From the NCBI RefSeq assembly GCF_006345805.1, contig NW_021831041.1:62001-126000 (forward strand): a DNA stretch of 64,000 nt. Direction: 5' to 3'. Below are positions 1 through 9,810 of the stretch, piece after piece (within the stretch, counting starts at the first letter, position 1; each line of letters starts with the position of its first letter). The notes below the pieces were generated by a model, which was not told the origin of the DNA, did no database searches, and saw only the letters and a program-made list of their open reading frames with translations. The position numbers and the translations under genes are program-made. The DNA comes from Octopus sinensis (Eukaryota).

Positions 1-1510
1 AAATATTGATTTGCATAAATATGTAGATTCATATATCCATTGTGTGTTATATTTTTGAATTTTTCTTGAGGAATCGCACCATGCTTTGCCAATCCCGAGA
101 GTCTTTCCAGATTCGACCATGCTCTTAGGACTTGCCTCGAATCAATATGTAATGCACCATTCGACGATCTTGGCTGGGAACAGGCAATACTCCCTATCAG
201 TCATGGCGGCATCGGTGCGCGCTCAGCCACTGACCTTTCTTTGCCAGCATTCCTTTCTTCCACACATGCCACGAGCACCCGCCGCAAAAAGCCGCTGGCT
301 TGGGTTGTCTTTTGAGCTCCCTCAGAATCCGCACGCACAGGTCGAATGGGACAGGATCCTCTGCGACCAGAAGCTGAACAGCTCAAGCCTAAGCTTAACC
401 AACATCGCTTGACTTGCTTATTGGCTGCCTCACAACCATATTCGGGGGCTTGGTTGACCGCTATCCCAATGGGTTCTATTGGAACTTTATTGGACGATGA
501 TTGCCTGAGGATCGGCACATCACTGCGCCTAGGACTGAACGTATGCCGGGAACACCGGTGTCGCTGTGGATCGACCGTTGACCCCTTTGGATTGCACCCG
601 TTATCGTGCTAAAGAAGTTCCGGACGCTTCCCTCGACATACTGCTCTGAACGACATAGTCAAGCGGACTCTGGAAACGGCCGGATTCCCTTCACAGCTGG
701 AACCGGTCGGGCTGGCTCGGGAGGATGGTAAACGTCCTGATGGTCTAACGACCTTCCCATTTGAAAATGGCAAGTCTCTCATCTGGTACGCTACTTGCAC
801 GGATACCTTCTCCGCCAGGAACATCTTGACGTCAGCCTCAGAGCCGGGCTCTGCAGCCAACCTGGCCGAAACGCTAAAAATCAAGAAATACAGTGCATTA
901 TCTCACCGCCATATCTTTGCCCCGATCGCAGTGGAGACATCGGGAGTCCTCGTCCCCAGAACTAAAAAATTCCTTATTAAACTGGGGGATTTGGCAAGCA
1001 GAAGAAGAAATGATCATCGGGAACGGACATGGCTTTTCCAACGCATATCAATAGCCATCTTGCGTGGGAATTGCCATTCCATCTTATCCTCTGCTGCTAA
1101 TTAAATACTAAATAACAGATCTATGGCCACTGCGACTATCAGTTTGATTTGAGGAATTAATTCGTAAAAATTAATAATGGATGCATTTTTTAGCAATGCT
1201 GCCAGTTCTATATCATGTTGTAAATTAATGAGTTCTAGTTGAAACTTTGCAGACGCATCCTTAATTTCCACGCTGAATGGAGTTGCGAATATTTTCATTA
1301 AAGGAAGGAATTCTTTAAAATTCTAAAAATTAAATTTATATTAATGTACCCCAAAACGTGTTTCAAATTGATTAATGAAATCACCAATTATGGATATGTT
1401 TAACCTTAAGAATGAATAATTAAATTTAAACATTATTAAAAAATTACAAAAGTTAGTTCCTCTAGAGGGGCCGCAAAAAAAATCCTGGGGGCCACATTTG
1501 AGATCCGCTG
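1..1510 (-). mobile_element. Degenerate hAT DNA transposon remnant (Charlie/SPIN/GTF2IRD2-like), split by a CRE insertion at 75-1148
   Basis: Terminal sequence CAGCGGATCTCAAATGTGGCCC starts at 1510 on minus, flanked by gTCTAGAg (1511-1518), the typical hAT target. Minus strand 1298-1158 reads FATPFSVEIKDASAKFQLELINLQHD...NFYELIPQ. After removing the insertion it continues EKFKNI and, frameshifted, YESTYLCKSIF (hAT C-terminal GSTYLCE-like motif) in 1-65. Confidence 0.75.
75..1148 (+). mobile_element. 5'-truncated, inactive CRE-clade non-LTR retrotransposon (RT thumb, CCHC knuckle, restriction-like endonuclease)
   Basis: Motifs WEQAILPISHGG, SGAWL, CRCG...HPLSC, KRPDG, IAVETSG, LFQRISIAILRGN. 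In-frame TAA at 610-612 and frameshifts. Flanked by the 9-bp direct repeat ttgaggaat at 66-74 and 1149-1157. Confidence 0.9.
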
Positions 1511-1529
1511 GTCTAGAGTTTTGCTTGTC

Positions 1530-2850
1530 CCCTACTCTTAACTATCCATCTAACCTTGTTCCTAGCACGTTTACAAATATCCTCAAGATCGTCACTAGTT
1601 TTTAGTCGGCTCCCAATTCTTGCAGGATCATCACTCAGGCAGAAGGGAAGCATGCTTCTTGTCGACACGGAAATCCAATTCCGTGATTAGAAAAGTAATA
1701 TTACATAATTGGATTGCAAGAAATCATTTCGTCCATTATCAGAACAAGTCCGAAAAATCTCCAGAGTCGTTTTGGATAATCTGTCGCTATTTATATTCGC
1801 AATTTTTCTCAATTGTTCTCTATGAAAAACGTCTAATCTTCCAAGGTCTGTTTTCGATGTTCCCCTGAGATTTATAATAAAATTAGTTGTAAAAACGCAT
1901 GGTACAATTTTAGGAGATAACTTCTCTGCGTGTCCAGATAATCCATGTTTTTTAGTACACACGATGCCAACATTTTCCTGTGGGAAATGTCCTTAGAATC
2001 CCCCAAAAGCCTTTTAGTAAACCTCCACTTCTCATCATTTTGTGTCGACAGCCGCTAAATAGAAGTTAAGTCCTTTTTTCTGAGTTAATTTTCAAGAATC
2101 ATCTCTTCAGAACTGTTTTGGCTTTATCCGCTAAAATCTCCACATCTTCAGACACAATATCGATATCGTTATCGTATATTAGTTCCTTGTCGGTTGAGCT
2201 GGTTGAAACTTTTCACTTTGTTATGTCTTTATTGTACTCTTGATCTGTCCATTCTAAGCTTTTTTCCATTACATTTTTCAATGTCAGAGGAATTGCCTCA
2301 AACATAAAAAAGAACATTCTATGTAGGGACCTGGAGAAATACAAAACCATCGTAGCTGCCTGCAAAAGAGGAGAGTATCCGTGAAACGAGACGTATGTTG
2401 TGAAAATTACTGGTTAATACTCTTAGGGTCAGACTCCCGTCATTCTAGAATAAGCTTTGCTGTACACATCTCACTTATGAATCGGTTACTTAAAGTATGG
2501 ATGCTAAGACATAGAATTTACATTATCAAACTTAATATCGAATTGCGTAATAAGAAATCGGTTATGAATGCCCCCACACGGGAAGATTATCGATTTTTAG
2601 GGATAAGCTTGATGATTTCTATACGCGCTTATCGGGAATATACTCCCAACTCTGGTCGTCCGTAATAATTTTTGTAGCGGTGGACTGGAATCCGAAGACG
2701 GAAATTAAACGCAGGGGTGAACGCTGCATTGGTAATCACGGAAAAGGATATCAAAACTCTTCTGAAAATCTTATGATCGATTTTCAAATATTGAACTGGA
2801 TTTAAAGTTTTAAAAAGTCCTCTAATTTTTTTCAAATAATCTTACATCGA
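1530..2850 (-). mobile_element. Decayed non-LTR (LINE, RTE-like) reverse transcriptase remnant
   Basis: Minus frames give LIYDNDIDIVSED (eroded YADD), KRLLGDSKDISHRKMLAS, SKTDLGRLDVFHREQLRKIANI and RLKTSDDLEDICKRARNKVRW, with many stops. Confidence 0.6.
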
Positions 2851-3047
2851 ACGTTTAATAAAGTCCATCTAATTCAAATTACGAAAAAAACCGAGACGAA
2901 AAACAGAAGGTTTTATATTGAATAAATCCGGTATTCAATAATTAGCAAATTGTTGATTAATGTTTTTTTAATTTGCATTAATTTTTTAAAAAATTTTATC
3001 AAAAAATTTTACATAATGAAATAAAAATAACCTAATTCTTTTACTGA

Positions 3048-3746
3048 ATGGAAACATTCACAATTGTTCTAAACTATTCCAAATCAGGATTCGGTTTTGA
3101 GTTTAATACATTCGATCAATCAAGGACTCACGTCATTTCTAAAATTTTACCAGATTCAGCTGCTTCAAAGTCAGATTTAAAAATCAAAGATATCATTTTG
3201 AATATTAACGAAAAAAGTCTTAAAGATAAAAATAGAAGATATGTCAATAAAAAAATCAAAAAGTGCAAATCGGACCTCAAAATCACAATCATGCGATTCA
3301 AAGAAGATGAAGTATTACCGATAAGATTGTGCGAGATAGCTGTCTGGGAAAATGAAGATTTGGGCATTGAAATCATACAGAGAGACTCCGACAAAATGTT
3401 CTTGATTAGTAAAGTCGTTGAAAATTCTCCAGCAGATAATGCAGACATCCGAATATGGGATATTCTCATTGAGGTCAACTGCATTCCTGTCAAAAATATG
3501 TCCTATACTGAAGTTTGGAAGGAAATTAATAAAAATCAAACAATGACGCGACTTCTTGTGTTAGATGAGAATAATTACAAATTCTATCTGAGTTTAAACA
3601 TTGAAATCTCAAGTTCAATAAAAAATCTACAAATATGTAAAAACTATCATCAGTGGGACTACAAAAACTGGACTTGTACTGTTGAACGTACGCCATCTCG
3701 TCGACAAGTTCGAACAAAGCTAGGATCAAATATAACGTCTCTTTAA
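3048..3746 (+). CDS. Tandem two-PDZ scaffold protein, NHERF/PDZK1-like, intronless
   Basis: 232-aa ORF with two PDZ folds: GFGFEF...ISKILPDSAA...DIILNIN and LGIEI...ISKVVENSPADNADIRIWDILIEVN...TRLLVLDE. Confidence 0.75.
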   Translation: METFTIVLNYSKSGFGFEFNTFDQSRTHVISKILPDSAASKSDLKIKDIILNINEKSLKDKNRRYVNKKIKKCKSDLKITIMRFKEDEVLPIRLCEIAVWENEDLGIEIIQRDSDKMFLISKVVENSPADNADIRIWDILIEVNCIPVKNMSYTEVWKEINKNQTMTRLLVLDENNYKFYLSLNIEISSSIKNLQICKNYHQWDYKNWTCTVERTPSRRQVRTKLGSNITSL

Positions 3747-3928
3747 TCATGAATTGATCAGTAATTTTTGAATTAAAACATTTAAAAGACTCTAATTTGA
3801 TAGTAGAAAAACAATTTATGTCCAAAATCCTTATCGTGAATTAAATTTAAAGTTAGTTTTCTATAATGAGATTTATTTAATGACACAGGTGAGATACTAG
3901 CTAGAGTAGGTGGCTGAGAGAGTAGTCG

Positions 3929-4000
3929 AGAGCCTAAATGTCAGCTCAACGAGGCCGCATTGCGTATTGAATGACAGTTTCTGCAGAATACGGCGACCGA
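3929..4000 (+). repeat. 72-bp dispersed repeat, copy A (homologous to 8087-8158 on minus)
   Basis: Ungapped manual alignment, 57/72 identical. Confidence 0.8.
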
Positions 4001-4132
4001 CTAAACTAAATTCCTTTTTAATGATGTTAATCAACCTAAATATTTTATAATGAAAAATTAGTTCATTAGTCGTGAGTCGAACGTGAAACCGTGACGGTAT
4101 CATGAACACTGGCATGTGTCTGAACTTAAGGA

Positions 4133-4451
4133 TGATGTATAGCCGGATGGAGTGATTCAAAATGATTTGGATTTCAGAAAGAAGGTTTCCGACTCCAAAA
4201 ATGGCATCGTTCATTTGAAAACATCAGCCATCTTGTACTTTTCAAGAAAGTATAATAAAAGAAAATGCTTGTCGAAAATCATGATCGAAGTCAAGATAAA
4301 CTGCATTTTTTTCTTAAAGATACTATTTATGGATTCTAGAGTTATGTTTGTTCTCAAATTCCGCTGCAATGTCAAGCGATAAACCTCATGAACACCAGGC
4401 TGGCAATTAAGCGCATAAGAGCCTATAGTCACTCCATCTGGTTATACATCA
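4133..4451. repeat. 23-bp inverted repeats enclosing about 270 bp (possible MITE or fold-back)
   Basis: tgatgtatagccggatggagtga (4133-4155) versus the reverse complement of 4429-4451: 21/23 match. No clear TSD. Confidence 0.6.
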
Positions 4452-4689
4452 GTGAGAAATATTAAATATATTTTTGATCTAATTGATTTACGTCACTATG
4501 AATATGAGAACAAAAATTGCTCATGACTTTTAATTGACTTTGATTAATTCTTAAAGTTTTGTTAAACGTTTCTTTTTGACAGGCTTGTTTAAATAACCAT
4601 GAATGTATTTTAGTTTTAACAGTTAACTTTTGAATTGTGAATATCACTTTATTTAACGAAAAACAGAAATTAACTAAATCAAAGTTAAC

Positions 4690-5165
4690 TAAATTAATCC
4701 GACGACTCTTTCGCTTGCAAAGTCAGGATACTAGCCTCTTCTGATTGAAGGAACGTTTTGTGGAGAATGTTTTCTAACCTTTAATTGTAAATAAAAAAGT
4801 TATATTTTCATTAAGTTTAAATGACAGAACGAGTCATACTGTCTATAGTCAGAAAATGACCTTGTCATCCGCCAATAACAAAACTAATCAAATCGATTGA
4901 TCTTTCCCTCATAGTATGGTTTAAGTCTCTCAATGCAGTTTCCAAATATACGACAAACAGCATAAGAGATAACGGATCCCCTTAAGGTGTTTTCGATTTT
5001 GTTTAGAGCACTTGTCTCTGACCGATAGATAGGTTTCTCATATGATTGCCCTAATCATCCGGGTAGAAGATTCGCCAAACAATAAATTTCTGACGATAGT
5101 CAAAAGCTCTTGACATCGATTTCCAGAATGCTTGGAAACCGCCATGAAAAACAGCATGTTAGAAT
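4690..5165 (-). mobile_element. Second decayed LINE RT fragment
   Basis: Minus strand reads SMSRAFD, GDPLSLMLFVVYLETALRDLN and LLADDK (RT motifs) with stops and frameshifts. Confidence 0.6.
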
Positions 5166-5455
5166 GATAAAATCTGGTATTTTCTTATGAATAACTATTT
5201 TTTCTTTATAAGGCAATCGATAGGTTAAGAACATTTTAGTTTTATTTTAAAATACAGATAATGCTCAATAACCAGACTATAACTACAAGTCCGGGCGCCT
5301 TGTTCTGCGCGTATAACACTACTACCAGTTTAGAAAGAGCTTGATCGGTCAGTTAGTTTTTAACACCACGACAACTAGATAGATGCAGCAGATTGCAGTG
5401 ATCATACCGACCAACACAAATGAAACAAGACAGCATAAATTATTGTTTCAATAAA

Positions 5456-6565
5456 TCACTCGTTGGAATCGTCAATCCCAGATGAAGTAATAGCAAAAGT
5501 AGCATCACTCTCAGGGAGGCAGGGGGAGGCATATATTTTGCAGATCCTGTTCTGGTTGCGTCCCTTCTTGAGTGACAGTCTGGTGGTGGACGCATGGGCC
5601 ATTATATTCCCCCCAATGGGCTTCTTAGGGTCGGACACAAACATGGAAGCCCCATCAACCTGTGACACAACTTGGTTAGTAATAATGACAGCCACCCCGA
5701 ACTGATCTCACAAAAACACCAACCTCGTCTGCCAGTCTGAGAAGTATTCTGAGGAACTGACCCAAATGGACTTGTCGATTGGCCAACTCCCCTCTCCCAA
5801 CATAGTCCGAGCGGAATAAAGCAGTGGCACTGTCCACCACCAGGAGGGAATATCTCGTCTCGACCATAAGTGCTGCCGCATCCACCAACAACTGGGACTG
5901 TCTCTCACTGTTGTATGCCCGAGCACACACAATATTGTCCAACACTTGTTCCACGTTCAAATTAAATCTCAAATAAGCACAACCAATACCGTTCAGCAAT
6001 AGGAGCAAATCTTTCTGGGCGGAATGTCCCCTCCGTGTCAATATACAGACACTTCCCCTCACCCCCACCCATTTCCACAGGCAACTACCAATCATACACA
6101 CTCTCTGCCTGGCAGGTCACAGCCAGTGTGTGACACAACTGAGTCTTCCCTGTCCTGAACTCCCCAAATACCTCCGTGATGGACCCCGTCTCCACTCCCC
6201 CCTGGAGAATGCAGTCCAACTCCTTCGATCCCGTGCTTACGCGGATTATTTCATTCCGTCGTCGGAACAGTTCGGTCGCCGTGGAAAACCCCATGGGCAC
6301 CAGTTTCTCCACGTATGTCTGATTAGTACTCAATTGTACCAATATTTTGTCGGCTTTGGCCTCGCTTATCCCTTTTATGGACAGAAGGGACTTTCTCGTG
6401 GTGAATGCCAGAGATTCGAGAGTGTGGAACCCCGCAGTCTCCAATTTTTTAGTGTCGGTGGTGGATATTCCCAATTCCTGGTTAGAATTGAGGACGTGGA
6501 CTTACTATTAGCTTGCTTATTCGTAGGGGACCCTCCTCTTGCTTTATGTCACTGTCATTCAACAT
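5456..6565 (-). CDS. RAD51: DNA recombinase RAD51; 5 micro-introns (28, 21, 24 [GC-AG], 22, 22 nt)
   Basis: Spliced protein contains [26 protein letters not shown], Walker [28 protein letters not shown] and [17 protein letters not shown]. These are RAD51-type rather than DMC1-type residues. Confidence 0.96.
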
Positions 6566-6667
6566 TGCCACACAAAACAATTTTCGTTTATTCTTTTATT
6601 AATATACTTTCAATATATATTTAAATAAATTAAAGTTTATTACTATTTTATTATTATCTTGTGGCCA
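6566..6667. promoter_or_regulatory. Putative bidirectional promoter between RAD51 and MICOS10
   Basis: 102-bp AT-rich spacer between two divergent ATGs, with TGTGG just upstream of each ATG. Confidence 0.6.
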
Positions 6668-6914
6668 ATGAGCAGTGAACAACAAATTACTGTCGCAGAA
6701 AAGTGTTTGGCAGATTTTTTAGTAAAAACAGGTGTCCTGCCAATTACATATTTTAGCTGCCACTGGTACCGTTGGACTGATCGTGTCGTTCGCATTATTC
6801 AAAAGTAGAGGTGGCTTTAACTCATAATTAGGAAGACTCTGGCCTGTCACTTACGGACTGGGATTTGGAATGGGTGCCAGTTACAATACATGCCTCAATA
6901 ATTTGTCTCAATAA
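6668..6914 (+). CDS. MICOS10: MICOS complex subunit MIC10; 3 exons, absent from the ORF track
   Basis: Removing 25- and 27-nt GT-AG introns gives MSSEQQITVAEKCLADFLVKTAATGTVGLIVSFALFKRRLWPVTYGLGFGMGASYNTCLNNLSQ*, with the MIC10 hallmarks CLAD, FKRRxWP and GxGxGxG. Confidence 0.92.
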
Positions 6915-7161
6915 CATTATTTTAATATTTAATTTGTTACTTTGACCTTATTTGTTAATTATATATCTTTAAAGAATTTCATGTATCTAAATAAAGAAGG
7001 AATCTATTAGTTTCAACAAAAAATAGCGGCCAAAAAGCGCCACGTGAATGTGACCCACATCAACATCTTGTTTTTTTTTATATTATTTTTTTCTGTTGTT
7101 AATAATTATATATTTCCTTAATTTTATATATTAAATATATAAATAAAGAGTGTGGTGTGTT

Positions 7162-7543
7162 ATGAACAGTGTCAAAAACAAATATGAAACCAATAGACAC
7201 ATGCCCACAGCCAAGAAACTAAAACTGGTATCACGTTGTTGGCTCACTTAAGGCTTCCCAGAGAAAGGCCCGCATTCTCCGTGCTAGAGAACGAGGAGAG
7301 GAGGAATTGGCCAATCAGATGGAGAATGGGGACGCCTGGAACAACGCCATTTTGAATGTTTCAGGCCTCAAGTCCTTGCCGAATGTTTCCACTTTGGAGA
7401 AAAAACTGAAATTGAGACAAAAACGGAAGGAAAAGTCTGCAAAAGAATGGAAGAAAAGAACCAGTGCTGTTAATAAATTGCGAAAAGAAAAGCAGTCTAA
7501 AAGATTGCGTAATATTTCGCAGCGAGGGCGTGGCAAAAAATGA
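7162..7543 (+). CDS. SURF6: Short SURF6/Rrp14-like nucleolar protein (C-terminal domain only); one 25-nt intron
   Basis: WNNAILNVSGLK...LEKKLKLRQKRKEKSAKEWKKR...KQSKRLRNI follows the SURF6 C-terminal pattern. Confidence 0.75.
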
Positions 7544-8086
7544 TATATCTTTATTAAAACTGTTTCGATTCAATAAATGTGCTTGTTGATTTAAGATTGA
7601 TAATTCACGTTTGGGTTAACACTATTTATGGTATATTAGCCACACATTTTTTAAGATTGATAAAACAAGAAAATTAGTTGTTTTAGTTAGAAGTACAAAG
7701 TTCATTAGTAACTCTTGTCTTGTAGTTTCATTTTATTGCAGTCCAGTTGTTATCAAAGTGTCTGTTCAAAACTCGTGTAGAGTAATAAATGTAGAGTAAT
7801 TATCCTTTTCTGTTCTCAGAGTTTTGGATTTCGAGGACGGATTAGCTCCCCTCTCCATGCTTTTAAGGCGTTGACTTATTTCTTTGACATTTCATAACGT
7901 GAAGGATTCTGGAATTAATGGCTTTCAGATGTCTGTGTAGTAGTCTGAGTTATCTTAAACTATGTTGAGATTATCTGTTTCTTCTGGTGAGAAAAATGTT
8001 GGCTTAATGCATTTCTGAAATAGTTCTATTAATTCTAGATTGAGTCTCCATAGACAAAGGGTTGCCTTACGAACAATTCGCGAATC

Positions 8087-8158
8087 TCGGTCGCGGTGCT
8101 CCGCGGAAACTGCCACTCGATACGCAGTGCGGCGACTTTGAGCTGACCTCCAGGCTCT
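8087..8158 (-). repeat. 72-bp dispersed repeat, copy B (CpG-rich)
   Basis: Reverse complement aligns to 3929-4000 at 57/72. Confidence 0.8.
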
Positions 8159-8707
8159 TTATTAATTCGTGTATAACTTATTCCCTGTATCATACCTAAT
8201 AAAAATTTTGGAATAAAAAAAACTAACATAAATCAACCAAACGGGACTCAACTCAAGTAATGAAATATTTAGCTAAATCTGACATTCTTCATCTTTATAG
8301 GCATTATTCGTCAAAGTTGGATGTTTTTATTTGGAAAATTAAAAATCAATTTCTTGTTGGTGCCTTTCTATTTTATATTTTTAAAGTCGTTTTGAACTAA
8401 TCATTCAACTAATGTTTTGTAAACAAATAGAATTTTCATAAATTCAATTTTCTTTTTGTGCAATTCTATTATTATTTCTTCTCACATTCATATGATAAAA
8501 CTTTTCTTTTGTAAATCGATATACAAAATAAAATCCGAGAATGTGCAAACTGTAGCAACCACCCGGATGTCCATATCATCGATCTTTTGAAACAAGAAAA
8601 TATAATTGTTCATAATTGATATATTTGGCAGAACATATTGTTAAATGAGATTTGATTATTTAGTACTTTTAATATTTTATAAAAGAGTAAATATTAGCAC
8701 GTCCTCG

Positions 8708-9534
8708 ATGAAATTGCTAGCACTTTTTGTCCTCTTTAAAGTAAGGATTTTTTAATTATTATTAGTCCACGTTTTCAATCACTTCCAGCGAAAGAACCCA
8801 CGTGATCGAGATCCACAATTACTATCGTGCAAATGCCAATCCTACTGCTTCCAATATGCTGGCCATGGAGTGGTCGACAGAATTAGAAAATTTGGCTAAT
8901 ACGGTCGCCACTACTTGTGTAGATAATATCACGATTACTCCCGCCTCAATAAATTACGAACAAATAATCATCAAAAATTTGAGTAATTCGAATAATTGAC
9001 TGAACAGCCTCGAGTACGATAAACCTCACTGATTCCCTTCATGCAATTTTTGCTCGGATTAAAGATTGTAAGAACGACTATCTCTCATGTTCATCAATGT
9101 GCTCCAATATAAGAAAGGTTCCCGAGGGTTTCAGACTTTTAGGCAATGTGGGCATCAAATTATTACATCGGCTGCTCATACTCATCTTGCACTCCTGTAT
9201 ACGACATCAACTATACTCCCATTTCCAACTTAGCCAATATGTTGGTGTGTAACTATGGGCCCAAGTAACTATTGTAACTTATTTAACAGTTTGAATCCAT
9301 TCGGAAGCAAAACCTACTACGAGGGCTGGCCTTGTCGATACTGCCCGAACTCGCATCCGACTTGTTTAGCTAATAGTTGTGGTTCATTGTGCGGTTAGCT
9401 TAAATAACTTCATTATTGTAGGCCGCAACAATGTTACATATCCACCAGTAACTTGCAACACCCAAAGGTCTTTAATTTTCAAGACATTGATAATTACTTT
9501 AATTGCCCCCATCTTCCAAGCAGTGATTTGCTAA
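8708..9534 (+). CDS. Secreted or anchored CAP/SCP-domain protein (GLIPR1/PI16-like), multi-exon
   Basis: Signal-like MKLLALFVLF, HNYYRANANPTASNMLAMEWSTELE, MWASNYYIGCS, LVCNYGP, a Cys-rich hinge and a hydrophobic C-terminus. Confidence 0.85.
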
Positions 9535-9810
9535 CTCGAACATTAACTAATCACTAATTATTACGTTAATAATATTAGTACAACTCAAAGCACTCTAGTT
9601 ACTTAGCATCAATACAGTCACCTCGGAAGTATTGGGTAACATTATTTCAGTGCCTCGAGATGTATTGGAAAACTGTAAACACACTCGAATGGTTAAGCGC
9701 AAACAGATTGCAGAGCAATCACTGTTGGCGGTTTCTCGAGAATTACGATTAAATTTGATCGATAAGATAAATTATATTTCCCCGTTCCGAGCCATTACAC
9801 ATTTCAAAAT

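Noticed and set aside
6130-6624. Long antisense or overlapping ORFs (e.g. 6130-6624, 30940-31404, 35270-35737, 63249-63743)
   Set aside because: They are shadows of real genes or elements on the other strand or frame, with no independent motifs.
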